Part shown: in pieces, positions 7,943 through 18,884 of the stretch
Numbering within the stretch: the first letter of the stretch is position 1
Layout of the letters: every line of letters begins with the position of its first letter
NCBI GenBank assembly: GCA_029051085.1
Contig: JAIDLK010000059.1
Span: 1 to 39,057, forward strand
Origin: Alphaproteobacteria bacterium
Lineage (GTDB): Bacteria; Pseudomonadota; Alphaproteobacteria; Rs-D84
Direction of reading: 5' to 3'
Length of the DNA: 39,057 bases
Position numbers and translations under genes: made by a program
Notes under the pieces: generated by a model
Told to the model about the DNA's origin: nothing
The model's input: only the letters and a program-made list of their open reading frames with translations
Database searches by the model: none

Positions 7943-9326
7943 ATTCTTCATCCGATTTTATTTCGGCATCTTTTTTCGATGCGTCGGATTTTAAGTATTC
8001 TTCCAACCAGTGATTGTCGAATTTCAATTTCCGCACATCGCCGTTGTTTAGCAGTTTACGCTGTAACGGGATGGTTGTCTTTACCCCTTCGATAACGAAT
8101 TCATCCAGCGCACGCTGGGCACGCATGATGCATGCGGCGCGTGATTGTGCGTGAACAATCAGTTTCGCAATCATCGAATCGTATGTAGGTGGAATCGTAT
8201 AACCGGTATAAACCGCACTGTCCACGCGAACCCCCAGACCACCCGACGGCGCATACAGCGTTATCTTGCCCGGATTCGGTGTAAAGTTTTCCGGGTCTTC
8301 GGCATTGATACGGAATTCAATCGCATGACCATGCGGAACAACATTCGACTGGCTATATCCAAGTTTTTCACCGGCCGCAACGCGAATCTGTTCGCGAACC
8401 AAGTCAACACCGTACACCATTTCGGTCACAGGGTGTTCCACCTGAAGACGCGTGTTCATTTCAAGGAAATAGAATTTACCGTCTTCGAACATGAATTCAA
8501 ACGTTCCGGCGTTGGTATAACCCATCTTTTTCGCCGCCGTTTTACAAATTTCAATCATGTCGTCGCGCTGTTTCTGGGTTAATGCCGCGGCCGGGCACTC
8601 TTCCATAACCTTTTGGTTTTTACGCTGCAGACTGCAGTCGCGTTCACCAAAAATCACGACATTGCCATGCTTGTCACCCAGCACCTGAAATTCTATATGA
8701 CGCGGATGCAGCAACAGTTTTTCCATATACAGCGTATCGTCACCAAAGCCGGACTTTGCCTCTTGCTTGGTAATCTGGAACGCCTCTGCCATTTCGGCCG
8801 CGCTGTGTACCGGGCGCATGCCGCGACCACCACCACCGGCCGACGCTTTTAACATTACCGGATATCCGATTTTTTCACCCCATTCCAGTGCAGACTCCAA
8901 AGAATCTACCGACCCTTCGGAACCGGGAACCACCGGCAGGCCGCATTCAATCGCCGTACGCTTGGCATTGACCTTGTCGCCCATTTTTTCAATCATATCG
9001 GCGTCGGGGCCAATCCAAATCAGACCATGCTGGGCCACTTTGCGTGCAAAATCCGCACGTTCAGATAAAAATCCGTATCCGGGATGAATTGCATCTGCAT
9101 TCGTTAACAATGCCGCCGTTAATATCGCAGACTCGTTCAAATAAGAATCACGCGACGGCCCGGGGCCAATGCATACGGATTCATCGGCCAGCTGCACATG
9201 CATTGCGTTTTTATCAACAGTTGAATATACCGCGACGGTTCGTATGCCCATGTCGCGGCATGCGCGAATTATACGCAGGGCAATTTCCCCGCGATTCGCG
9301 ATTAAAACTTTCTTTATCTGTGACAT
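7941..9326 (-). CDS. accC: Biotin carboxylase subunit of acetyl-CoA carboxylase
   Basis: [23 protein letters not shown] and the ATP-grasp motifs are present throughout. The protein is 461 aa with a short acidic/Lys tail. Confidence 0.95.
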   Translation of the reverse strand: MSQIKKVLIANRGEIALRIIRACRDMGIRTVAVYSTVDKNAMHVQLADESVCIGPGPSRDSYLNESAILTAALLTNADAIHPGYGFLSERADFARKVAQHGLIWIGPDADMIEKMGDKVNAKRTAIECGLPVVPGSEGSVDSLESALEWGEKIGYPVMLKASAGGGGRGMRPVHSAAEMAEAFQITKQEAKSGFGDDTLYMEKLLLHPRHIEFQVLGDKHGNVVIFGERDCSLQRKNQKVMEECPAAALTQKQRDDMIEICKTAAKKMGYTNAGTFEFMFEDGKFYFLEMNTRLQVEHPVTEMVYGVDLVREQIRVAAGEKLGYSQSNVVPHGHAIEFRINAEDPENFTPNPGKITLYAPSGGLGVRVDSAVYTGYTIPPTYDSMIAKLIVHAQSRAACIMRAQRALDEFVIEGVKTTIPLQRKLLNNGDVRKLKFDNHWLEEYLKSDASKKDAEIKSDEE

Positions 9327-9334
9327 GGCTTTTA

Positions 9335-9784
9335 TTATTCGATTACAATCAGCGGCTGGTCAAATTCAACGGCCGCGCCGTCGGTAACCAGAATTTCCTT
9401 AACCACACCGTCTTTGTCGGATTTTATCGGGTTAAAGGTCTTCATCGCCTCAACCAATGCAACGGTATCGCCAGCCTTTATCTGGGCGCCGACTGATGTA
9501 AACGGTTTGGCACCCGGCTCCGGTGCAAGGTATGCAACACCCACCATCGGCGATTTCAGTGCATATCCCGAAACTGTGTTTTCACGCGGTTCGCTGTTTG
9601 TCTGTTTTGATTCCTGGGCGACCGGGAAGTTCGGCATGGCAACCGTGGTTGCCGCCTGTTGTTTTGATAAATGAATGTGCTTGCGATAAACGCCGAACAA
9701 GAACTGACGTTCCAGGTCCAGCTCCGTAATACCCATGTCATCCATTATCTTAGACATGTTTTCTACGTTTGCACGAAAAGACAT
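9335..9784 (-). CDS. accB: Biotin carboxyl carrier protein
   Basis: The biotinylation motif EAMKTFN sits in a C-terminal lipoyl-like domain. The gene lies directly upstream of accC. Confidence 0.9.
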   Translation of the reverse strand: MSFRANVENMSKIMDDMGITELDLERQFLFGVYRKHIHLSKQQAATTVAMPNFPVAQESKQTNSEPRENTVSGYALKSPMVGVAYLAPEPGAKPFTSVGAQIKAGDTVALVEAMKTFNPIKSDKDGVVKEILVTDGAAVEFDQPLIVIE

Positions 9785-9845
9785 TTTAAAATCCTTATGG
9801 TTTTGTTTTTATCTTGGTGGAATTTTACCACAAACAATAAACTTG

Positions 9846-10064
9846 TCAAGGCACCGGGTCATACCCGCAGCCACCACCCGGTCTGCACCGGCAAATACGA
9901 CGCATTCCCATGATGGCCCCACGAAAAAAGCCATAGCGTTCTATCGCGATGCGGGTGTATTCACTGCACGACGGGGTAAAGCGGCATGCCGCACGCCCAC
10001 CGATAACCGGCGAAATGTATTTTTGATAAATGCAAATAAGTCCAATCGCTATCCTAGACATCAA
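9846..10064 (-). CDS. yidD: Membrane protein insertion efficiency factor YidD
   Basis: IYQKYISP...CRFTPSCSEY...CRCRPGGGCGYDPVP is the YidD signature. It overlaps rnpA by 11 nt. Confidence 0.9.
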   Translation of the reverse strand: MMSRIAIGLICIYQKYISPVIGGRAACRFTPSCSEYTRIAIERYGFFRGAIMGMRRICRCRPGGGCGYDPVP

Positions 10065-10389
10065 GCTTGCTTAAATAACGCAGTGCTTTTTTCATCGCCA
10101 CGCGACCATCCGTACGAGAGGCCTTTAAAATATCGCGACGAACAATAAATATGTAATCGCGGTCGGGACGCATCCACTTTTCATTATATGCAATCCAATC
10201 ACGCAATAAACGCTTGGCACGATTACGGTCAACGGCATGCTTAAACATGCGCTTGGTCACAACCAGACCATACTGGGGGTCATCGGGCAAACGCGCCGCA
10301 CGCATGCGGATAAGAAAATACGAACTGCGCGCCGTTTCATCGGTTGGTGCCATTAAAAAATGCTGATGCTGCTTTATTGTGTTTCTCAT
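10054..10389 (-). CDS. rnpA: RNase P protein component
   Basis: It is a 111-aa basic protein with the RNR-like motif VDRNRAKRLLR, in the position upstream of yidD. Confidence 0.85.
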   Translation of the reverse strand: MRNTIKQHQHFLMAPTDETARSSYFLIRMRAARLPDDPQYGLVVTKRMFKHAVDRNRAKRLLRDWIAYNEKWMRPDRDYIFIVRRDILKASRTDGRVAMKKALRYLSKLDV

Positions 10390-10427
10390 GGCGCCAATAT
10401 TACCACAATATACAAATAGTCAAATAA

Positions 10428-11564
<1,137 letters not shown>

Positions 11565-11572
11565 AGACACGG

Positions 11573-11601
11573 GGCCGGAATTACCGGCCTCTTGTTTTTT
11601 T
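11573..11601 (+). terminator. Intrinsic terminator after mreB
   Basis: A GGCCGG-AATTA-CCGGCC hairpin is followed by TCTTGTTTTTTT. Confidence 0.7.
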
Positions 11602-11627
11602 CAAAAAATATTTGTAATATCGGGCCG

Positions 11628-12695
11628 ATGATAGAAAGGCTGACCCTGACCGATTTTAGAAATCATGCCGGCGCGCGTATCAATACGCGCGGGCGGCGCA
11701 ACATTATCATAACGGGTCCGAACGGCGCTGGAAAAACCGCCGTTTTAGAGGCTGTATCAATGCTGGCCGGGGACCGCGGCATGCGTGGCGCGGCAATGTC
11801 CGATATAGCACGGTTCGGCTCTGCCGGATTTTCCACACACGCCGTATTGCGTGATGATACAGAGATTGCAATCACATATTCGATGGGCGATGCAAACCGA
11901 CGCGCACGAATTGACGGGGATGTGGCGCGCCTGCCGGATTTGGCGACACGACTGCGTGTGGTTTGGATTACCCCGCGCGAAGACCGCCTGTTTGTTGATG
12001 CGGCCGCCGAACGGCGCGCGTTTTTTGACCGTTTGGCCGGGGCTTTTGACGGACACCATTCCGGACGCGTGGCGCGTTTTTCAAAATTGATGTCCGAACG
12101 TGCGGCGGCATTAAAAAGCGGCGGTAACCCGCACTGGATGGATGCACTGGACACTCAGATTGCCGCCGCGGCGGTTGCAATCGCCGCCGCACGCATTCAA
12201 TACGCGGGCGAGGTTAATTATTTCCTGGAAACCGCGGCGGTATCCGTATCCGGCATGGTTGAGGGCATGGTTTTGGACAATGCCCCGGGGGCCGAGAACA
12301 AATATCTGGCATACCTGCGCGAAAATAGAAGTTTGCAGGGCGACAAGATGATTCTGGACGGACCGCATAAATCTGATTTCGGTGTGTTTAACAATGCGCT
12401 GGGACTGCCTGCGCATTTGACCAGCACGGGCCAGCAAAAATCCGTTTTATTGGATTTGATTTTGGCGCATGCACGTCTGATGCATGCAAAAACATCCATG
12501 CAGCCGATAATATTACTGGACGAGGCCGCGGCACACCTGGATGCGGCGGCGCGGGCAAAACTGTTCGCCGCACTGACGGCGGCCGATGCCCAGGTGTGGG
12601 CAACCGGACTGGACGCCGCAGTGTTCTCAGATATCGGCGATGCGGCATTTGTTGCTTGCGCCAATGGTGAAATAAATAATATACTGGTTCAATAG
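11628..12695 (+). CDS. recF: DNA replication and repair protein RecF
   Basis: MIERLTLTDFRNH and Walker A GPNGAGKTAVLEA are present, with the SMC-like signature and Walker B (ILLDEAAAHLD) at the C-terminus. The start at 11628 is chosen because 11592 lies inside the terminator T-tract. Confidence 0.88.
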   Translation: MIERLTLTDFRNHAGARINTRGRRNIIITGPNGAGKTAVLEAVSMLAGDRGMRGAAMSDIARFGSAGFSTHAVLRDDTEIAITYSMGDANRRARIDGDVARLPDLATRLRVVWITPREDRLFVDAAAERRAFFDRLAGAFDGHHSGRVARFSKLMSERAAALKSGGNPHWMDALDTQIAAAAVAIAAARIQYAGEVNYFLETAAVSVSGMVEGMVLDNAPGAENKYLAYLRENRSLQGDKMILDGPHKSDFGVFNNALGLPAHLTSTGQQKSVLLDLILAHARLMHAKTSMQPIILLDEAAAHLDAAARAKLFAALTAADAQVWATGLDAAVFSDIGDAAFVACANGEINNILVQ

Positions 12696-12708
12696 GATTG
12701 TGTGAAAC

Positions 12709-13173
12709 ATGAGCAAGATAGACTATCAAACTTTATTGGACAATGCGTTAAAGACTGTCGTCAAAGACGCGCTGACCCACGCCCAGATTAACGGTCTGGG
12801 GGATGGGACGCATTTTTTTATAACGTTTAAAACACGTGACGCGGGTGTGGTGTTGCCTGATTTCCTGCGTATACGATATCCCGATATAATGACAATTGTA
12901 TTACAGTATTCCTATAACAATCTGCATGTATCGGACAAGGAGTTCGGGGTTCAGCTAACATTTGACGGACGGCCGTTTTTTATACGCGTGCCGTTTTCCG
13001 CACTGGTGGAATTCAAGGACCCATCCGTTGATTTCATGTTGTCTTTCCACCCAAAGGCACAACCTTCGGCCGATAACGACATGGAATTACCGCTTGAGGA
13101 AAAACCGGGAACCGTTGCAGACCCGGGCCGGGTGGTATCACTGGATGAATTTAGAAAAAACAGGAACAAGTGA
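12709..13173 (+). CDS. sspB: ClpXP adaptor SspB (alpha-proteobacterial type)
   Basis: The fold pattern is HFFITFKT...VLQYSYNNL...F, then a flexible linker, then a C-terminal VVSLDEFRKNRNK tail that resembles the ClpX-binding peptide of SspB-alpha. Confidence 0.75.
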   Translation: MSKIDYQTLLDNALKTVVKDALTHAQINGLGDGTHFFITFKTRDAGVVLPDFLRIRYPDIMTIVLQYSYNNLHVSDKEFGVQLTFDGRPFFIRVPFSALVEFKDPSVDFMLSFHPKAQPSADNDMELPLEEKPGTVADPGRVVSLDEFRKNRNK

Positions 13174-13907
13174 TGGGGCTTAAACAGACCGCGGCAAATA
13201 TTGTCTGTGGATTTATACCCGACAAAAAAACACGCCACCGCGTACGCACGCGCCTGAATTACAATATCAATCAATATATCGATTACGCGCGGCGTGACGC
13301 CGGGCGTCCGAACGCACGCGTTCGGACTTATTCGGGCCATGGCGGAATGAAAAAGATTATCGTCGTTTTGGACGATGAAATAGGGTACAAATTTCCTTTG
13401 GTCGCCGCACGCGCAGATACGCCACGCAAAGAAAAAATGTTTGCAGACGCGTTTCGAGACATATCGCCTGTACGCATTCCCAAGATGGAGCTGCGCCATT
13501 TTAATGGAATGGACGTTTTAAAATACGATTTCTTTCCGGGAAAGACACTGGCCGATTTGGATACGGATACAATATTGCGTCACGAAGATAAAATTGCAGC
13601 CCAACTGGCCGCATTTCTGTTCGAAATAGGGCGCTCGGACCCTGAATCAATACGCCATTTAAAGCCGGCCGGGGCCAAGCCTGAAATGTTTTACGGTTGG
13701 TGCCATAACGATATCGGGGGAAACTTTGCCATAAACCCCGAGACCGGCGATATCGTAACATTTATCGACTGGGAAAGCGCCGCCTTTTGCGATATGCATA
13801 CGGATTTAATGGCGGCATTGAAATTCTTGAACAAGCGCGGCGCGGGCAGTCTGATTATGAAAACAGTCTTTGAATATATCCGTCTGTATCAGGCGGCGAA
13901 CGAATAA
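13173..13907 (+). CDS. Small phosphotransferase (APH/choline-kinase-like fold) protein
   Basis: It has a catalytic-loop-like CHNDIGGNFAI and a metal-binding-like FIDWESA. A TGATG overlap joins it to the sspB stop (GTG at 13170 is also possible). Confidence 0.6.
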   Translation: MGLKQTAANIVCGFIPDKKTRHRVRTRLNYNINQYIDYARRDAGRPNARVRTYSGHGGMKKIIVVLDDEIGYKFPLVAARADTPRKEKMFADAFRDISPVRIPKMELRHFNGMDVLKYDFFPGKTLADLDTDTILRHEDKIAAQLAAFLFEIGRSDPESIRHLKPAGAKPEMFYGWCHNDIGGNFAINPETGDIVTFIDWESAAFCDMHTDLMAALKFLNKRGAGSLIMKTVFEYIRLYQAANE

Positions 13908-13930
13908 GCGGGAAATCCCGCTTATTTTAT
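13906..13930 (+). terminator. Intrinsic terminator
   Basis: An AAGCGGG-AAAT-CCCGCTT hairpin is followed by ATTTTATTT. Confidence 0.75.
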
Positions 13931-13958
13931 TTGCATTGGTCCAAATATAATCTATAAT
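13931..13958 (+). promoter_or_regulatory. Candidate sigma-70 promoter for pnp
   Basis: The elements are TTGCAT, a 16-nt spacer and TATAAT, about 110 nt upstream of the pnp ATG. Confidence 0.4.
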
Positions 13959-14068
13959 TAACGTGTGCGGGGTTGAAAATTATTCTTTTGTGCGCTTGAT
14001 GTAATACGAACGCAGAAACGAATGATTTTTCTCCGCATAAAAATCAACAATAACATGGAGAAAAAAAT

Positions 14069-16255
14069 ATGTTGTTTGGAATGTTTAACAAAGACGAAAA
14101 GGGCCAACAAGCCCAAAAATTAAACAACCCGATTGTGGTTGAAATTCCGTATGGCGATGAAACACTGCGTCTGGAAACAGGCCGCTTGGCAAAACAGGCG
14201 AACGGCGCTGTTTTGGCCACGATGGGCGGCACAATGGTTCTGGCGACAGTATGCGCTGAAAAATCCGCAGTAGAAGGTCAGGATTTCTTTCCGTTGACCG
14301 TTGACTATCAGGAAAAGTATGCATCGGCCGGACGCATTCCGGGCTCACGCGATCGCCGCGAGGGCAAGGCCAGCACCGCTGAAACACTTACCGCGCGTCT
14401 GATTGACCGTCCGATTCGCCCGCTGTTTCCGGAAACATTTAAGAACAAGGTTCAGATTATCGCACAGGTATTTTCATATGATAAAAAGAACCAGCCGGAT
14501 ATTCTGGCGATGATTGCGTCCAGCGCGGCGCTGGCGCTGTCGGGTGTTCCGTTCCAGGGCCCAATCGGCGCTGCACGTGTCGGCTATGCCGATGGTGCGT
14601 ATGTATTGAACCCGTCACGCAAATTTACCGAAGATTCCGAAATGGATTTGGTTGTTGCGGCAACCAAGGACGGCGTGCTGATGGTTGAATCCGAAATCGG
14701 CGAACTGGATGAAGCAACAACCCTGGGTGCGGTAAAGTTCGGATTTGACGCACAACAGGCGGTTATCGCGGCAATTAACGAATTGGCTGAAAAAGCGGGT
14801 AAAGAACGCTGGGCGACACCGGAAAAGTCTGCGGAATATGTTGCGATGGAATCCGCGTTTGAAAAATTCGCCGGTGATATTGAAAGCGCACTGGCGATTA
14901 AGGAAAAGCTGGTTCGTCTGGATACGCTTGCCGAAATTCACACCGCGGCCAAGGCAGAGATTGCAGAACTGTTCCCGGAAACGGCGACCGCTGCATCCAC
15001 GCTGGAATCATGGGCGGATGAAATTATTGAAAACATTACCGCACGTATTATGCGCGGCAATATTCTGGCGGGTAAACCGCGTATTGACGGCCGTGATACC
15101 AAGACGGTTCGCCCGATTGAAATCGAACTGGGCGTGTTGCCGCGTGCACACGGCAGTGCACTGTTCACACGTGGTGAAACACAGGCGCTGGTGTCGTTAA
15201 CACTGGGTGGCGGCAAAGATGCACTGCCGATTGAAACACTGGATGGTTCCGAAGAAAAGGATTTCTTCCTGAACTATAATTTCCCGGGATATTCCGTCGG
15301 CGAATGCAAGGGTCTGAAATCCCCGTCACGCCGCGAACTGGGTCACGGTAATCTGGCATGGCGCGCACTGCATCCGATGGTGCCGACACGCGAACAGTTT
15401 GACTATGTAATCCGTGTTGTTTCTGATATCTTGGAATCAAATGGTTCTTCGTCCATGGCGACAACATGCGGCGCCACACTGGCCATGATGGATGGCGGTG
15501 TGCCGTTGACACGTCCGGTTGCCGGTATTGCAATGGGTCTGATTAAAGAAGGCGATGATTACGCCGTTCTGACAGACATTCTGGGTGATGAAGATCACCT
15601 GGGTGATATGGACTTTAAGGTAACCGGTACAGACCGTGGTATTACCGCGCTGCAGATGGATATCAAAATCACTTCCATTACCTTTGAAATCATGGAAAAG
15701 GCACTGGAACAGGCCAAGGCCGGTCGTATGCACATCCTGGGCAAAATCAATTCGGCGATTGCCGCCCCGCGCGAAAAAGTGTCCGAATATGCACCACAGA
15801 TGTATATGATGAAAATCAACCCGGATAAAGTCCGCGAAGTTATCGGCAAAGGCGGCAGCGTGATTCAGGCATTAACACGTGAAACAAACACCAATATTGA
15901 CCTGGAAGACGATGGCACCGTGAAAATCATGGCGGTTGCAAAAGAAGATGCGGATGAGGCAATCCGTCGCATCAAAGAAATCGTCGCCGAACCGGAAGTC
16001 GGTATGATTTACGCCGGCACAGTGTCCGGGGTCAAGGATTTCGGTCTGTTTGTAAAAATCATGAACGGATTTGAATCAATGGTTCATATTTCCGAAATTA
16101 CCGGCAAGCGCTTGGAAAAAATCGCGGATGCCGGATACAAGGAAGGCGACAAGGTATATGTAAAATACCTGGGGGCGGATAAACGCGGCAAAACCCGTAT
16201 GACAATGGTCGGCATTGACCAGACAACCGGGGCCGAGGCAGCCAAAGCCGAATAA
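14069..16255 (+). CDS. pnp: Polyribonucleotide nucleotidyltransferase (PNPase)
   Basis: Two RNase PH domains, a KH domain and an S1 domain are visible (LETGRLAKQANGAV, the FLNYNFPGYSVGE region, GKGGSVIQ, GTVSGVKDFGLFV). GGAG lies 9 nt before the ATG at 14069. An alternative ATG is at 14081. Confidence 0.95.
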   Translation: MLFGMFNKDEKGQQAQKLNNPIVVEIPYGDETLRLETGRLAKQANGAVLATMGGTMVLATVCAEKSAVEGQDFFPLTVDYQEKYASAGRIPGSRDRREGKASTAETLTARLIDRPIRPLFPETFKNKVQIIAQVFSYDKKNQPDILAMIASSAALALSGVPFQGPIGAARVGYADGAYVLNPSRKFTEDSEMDLVVAATKDGVLMVESEIGELDEATTLGAVKFGFDAQQAVIAAINELAEKAGKERWATPEKSAEYVAMESAFEKFAGDIESALAIKEKLVRLDTLAEIHTAAKAEIAELFPETATAASTLESWADEIIENITARIMRGNILAGKPRIDGRDTKTVRPIEIELGVLPRAHGSALFTRGETQALVSLTLGGGKDALPIETLDGSEEKDFFLNYNFPGYSVGECKGLKSPSRRELGHGNLAWRALHPMVPTREQFDYVIRVVSDILESNGSSSMATTCGATLAMMDGGVPLTRPVAGIAMGLIKEGDDYAVLTDILGDEDHLGDMDFKVTGTDRGITALQMDIKITSITFEIMEKALEQAKAGRMHILGKINSAIAAPREKVSEYAPQMYMMKINPDKVREVIGKGGSVIQALTRETNTNIDLEDDGTVKIMAVAKEDADEAIRRIKEIVAEPEVGMIYAGTVSGVKDFGLFVKIMNGFESMVHISEITGKRLEKIADAGYKEGDKVYVKYLGADKRGKTRMTMVGIDQTTGAEAAKAE

Positions 16256-16310
16256 ATGACACCAATGCCGCCGGATTTTTCCGGCGGCAAAAAATACGGG
16301 GGATATAAAA

Positions 16311-16610
16311 ATGGATATGGAATCATTTATGGAACAGGCCCGCGTTCTGCAGGATCGTGTATCCGCTGCGCAGGATTTGCTGGATAAAACAACTGTTCGC
16401 GGCATCTCTGAAAACGGTGCATGTATTGTTACAATGACCGGTAAATATGATTTGAAAGACTTTAAAATCAGCGAAGATTTGGTCGCGGCGGGCACCGATG
16501 CGGTTTCTGAGGCCGTGTCGGCCGCGTTTCGTGATGCCAAGGCCAAGGCGGACGCCACAATCGACAAGATTATGGGCGATGCAACGGCCGGTATGCCGAT
16601 GCCGGAATAG
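16311..16610 (+). CDS. ybaB: Nucleoid-associated protein YbaB/EbfC
   Basis: The protein is 99 aa. The pattern MEQARVLQDRVSAAQDLL...VTMTGKYDLKDFKISEDLV matches the family layout. Confidence 0.8.
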   Translation: MDMESFMEQARVLQDRVSAAQDLLDKTTVRGISENGACIVTMTGKYDLKDFKISEDLVAAGTDAVSEAVSAAFRDAKAKADATIDKIMGDATAGMPMPE

Positions 16611-16627
16611 GGCGTAAAAAACACATA

Positions 16628-16655
16628 AAAAACACCGGCAAATGCCGGTGTTTTT
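16628..16655. terminator. Bidirectional terminator, copy 2 of the identical 28-mer
   Basis: AAAAACACCGGCAAATGCCGGTGTTTTT lies between ybaB and virD4, which converge. The virD4 stop codon abuts the T-tract. Confidence 0.75.
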
Positions 16656-18853
16656 TATGCCAATACTTTTATTTCATGTGTTTGCGGATTATATACACGC
16701 GGTGTGCCGCCATATCCCATCATCGCATGATGTGATGGAATTAAAAATTCCGGCAGAGGTGAAGATTCACCCATCGCCATATATCCGGCCAAACGCGGGT
16801 CCTGCCATGCCTGTTGATGATCGGCTTCAATCGGGCGGTTGTAGTATCCTTGGAATATTACCAGCTGCTTTTTCTTGTCAAGTTTCATAATATCCATCGG
16901 CGTGTACAGTAATTCCTCGCTGGTGGATTCCTTGCCGTCCTTGTCGGTTTTAATTTTAATCTTATGACCCATCATTTCGGAAAAACGTTTTGCCGTATCG
17001 GGATCATTTTGGCGCAGAACTATCTTGGCCGCGGTTGTTGATATAATTGTCGCGGCGGCATCATTGCCGTATTTTTCCGCAATCTGGTGAATATCCTGGC
17101 CGATAATAAGGTATGATATCTTTTGACCACGTCCCAAATCAGGTCCTTGAATAACGGCCTGCAGCTTTTGCATTTTCGGCATTTCGTCCAACAGGAACAG
17201 TACCGGATACGGCCCCAGTTTATGACCATCATGAACCTGTTCCGGTGCATTTGCCAACAGATACGAAGACATTAGTTCAATAAATATTCCGGTAATCGGA
17301 TTCAGCGCCTCGGCATCAACCATGTTAATGGAAAGGTACACCGTTACAGGCTTAATCTTGCCGTCACGTGGGTCAAGCAGACCACGCATATCGGAAAAGT
17401 GGAAATCAGAATGACTGGTACGATTACGAACCGCCGCATTACGGAATATCGCCAGCCCCTGCAGAGCCGTTGAAAATATAGAGCCTCGTTCCTTGTCCGG
17501 TGTATTGGCCAATTGTGTAAATTCCAAAATCGCACGATGGGAATAGGCATATTGACGCGCCTCATCAACGGCGGCCTGTAATAAATCCTTCATAGGATCG
17601 GCCATCATAACCATCTGGTCACCCTGGCGACGACGATTTTCCAAGTCTTGGGCAATACGTATCTGGGATGCATTAAGCCAGTCAAGAATCATTGACAACG
17701 ATGCCTCTTTGCCGCGCCATGCATCCGGAATATTATCCCATGTGCCGATATGCACATAATTCATTGCGTTCAATTCACCTTTCTGCAGCATCGCATGCGC
17801 CGCATATGCATTGGGGTCATGTATCATTGAAAGATAATAATCACCCAATACCGCCGCATCTTCGGCATCAAACGTGCCGGATGCAATACGTGAATAAAAA
17901 TAGTCGTCAGCCTTGGCACGTTCAACCTTGGATACAATGTAATGCACCATTCCAGACAATGCCGCACGACCGGCCAATGTCCAATGCGGATCAGCAGATG
18001 AACCGGTCGCATCCGGACATAAAACATTGCATATGGAATCAATGTACAAGTCACGCTGTTCTTGGTTAAAGGGTACATGTTCGGGCGAAAGCGGATTCCA
18101 CGACGGATAATATATACCGCGTTCCGGGTCGTCTTGCCCGGCCCAATTCATAATAAACACCGGACCGATTGTAGAGCGGTATGCGCTGGATTGCTGTTTT
18201 AATTCCGGTTTCGGATCGTTAATAATCATCGATACCTGGGGACAGTCAAAAATAGTTGGCAGAACCACACCCTGGGTCTTACCGGTCCCGGGAGGCGCAA
18301 CACATAACGCAGACAGGCATTCATCCATCATCAGCGGCTTTTTCTTAAAGTAGCCAAGTACCATCATAAAGCCCTTTAACAGGCCCATTTTTTCAATGTC
18401 TTCTTTTGTCGCCTTGTTTGAGGATTTTTCCGAAAATTTATCATTGCCATATGGATTAAATTCCTTAACCAATGTCGCATCGGCCAGGAAAAAGTATGCA
18501 ATTACCGGCAAAATCGGCGCAATACATGGTAAATCGGGCCGGGAAACACAACGGATTATCCATTCCGGAATTTCCGCCACCACCGACAGCCCCAGCGTCG
18601 AGACCGCATTACCCAAATATATCCACATCCATCGCCAAGATGCGGGCGAAAAACCATATCGCCAGAAATGCTCGGCAATAAACGACAATCCGAATGCCAA
18701 TGCACACGCCAGCCATATGCCAATAGCCCAGCGCAAAGACCAAAATATTGACGCAAAAGGTTTGCGCTCATGCTCTTTATATGCGCTGGACTTGAAAATA
18801 TTGAGGCCTTTGGATGAACCGCCGGCCGATAAAATCTTGAACTTCTCTGCCAT
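16655..18853 (-). CDS. virD4: Type IV secretion coupling protein (VirD4/TraG family)
   Basis: N-terminal TM segments are followed by Walker A APPGTGKTQGVVLPT and Walker B VLFLLDEMPKM. The 732-aa size and TraG/VirD4 layout fit the family. Confidence 0.85.
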   Translation of the reverse strand: MAEKFKILSAGGSSKGLNIFKSSAYKEHERKPFASIFWSLRWAIGIWLACALAFGLSFIAEHFWRYGFSPASWRWMWIYLGNAVSTLGLSVVAEIPEWIIRCVSRPDLPCIAPILPVIAYFFLADATLVKEFNPYGNDKFSEKSSNKATKEDIEKMGLLKGFMMVLGYFKKKPLMMDECLSALCVAPPGTGKTQGVVLPTIFDCPQVSMIINDPKPELKQQSSAYRSTIGPVFIMNWAGQDDPERGIYYPSWNPLSPEHVPFNQEQRDLYIDSICNVLCPDATGSSADPHWTLAGRAALSGMVHYIVSKVERAKADDYFYSRIASGTFDAEDAAVLGDYYLSMIHDPNAYAAHAMLQKGELNAMNYVHIGTWDNIPDAWRGKEASLSMILDWLNASQIRIAQDLENRRRQGDQMVMMADPMKDLLQAAVDEARQYAYSHRAILEFTQLANTPDKERGSIFSTALQGLAIFRNAAVRNRTSHSDFHFSDMRGLLDPRDGKIKPVTVYLSINMVDAEALNPITGIFIELMSSYLLANAPEQVHDGHKLGPYPVLFLLDEMPKMQKLQAVIQGPDLGRGQKISYLIIGQDIHQIAEKYGNDAAATIISTTAAKIVLRQNDPDTAKRFSEMMGHKIKIKTDKDGKESTSEELLYTPMDIMKLDKKKQLVIFQGYYNRPIEADHQQAWQDPRLAGYMAMGESSPLPEFLIPSHHAMMGYGGTPRVYNPQTHEIKVLA

Positions 18854-18862
18854 TGTGTTATG

Positions 18863-18871
18863 ATTATATCA
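18863..18871 (-). promoter_or_regulatory. Extended -10 box TGATATAAT 9 nt from the virD4 ATG (near-leaderless)
   Basis: The reverse complement of ATTATATCA is TGATATAAT. It is followed by CATAACACA and then ATG. No purine-rich SD is present. Confidence 0.4.
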
Positions 18872-18884
18872 GAAAAAATACAAA

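Noticed and set aside
11592-11627. A longer recF start at 11592.
   Set aside because: It lies within the T-tract of the mreB terminator. The conserved RecF N-terminus (MIERLTLTDFRNH) starts at 11628.
16267-16288. A strong 9-bp GC hairpin (GCCGCCGGA-TTTT-TCCGGCGGC) between pnp and ybaB, which looks like a terminator.
   Set aside because: It is followed by an A-run on the plus strand, and on the minus strand the U-run would precede the stem. It therefore fits no orientation of an intrinsic terminator. It may be a 3' stabilising or processing hairpin, but I cannot support a specific call.
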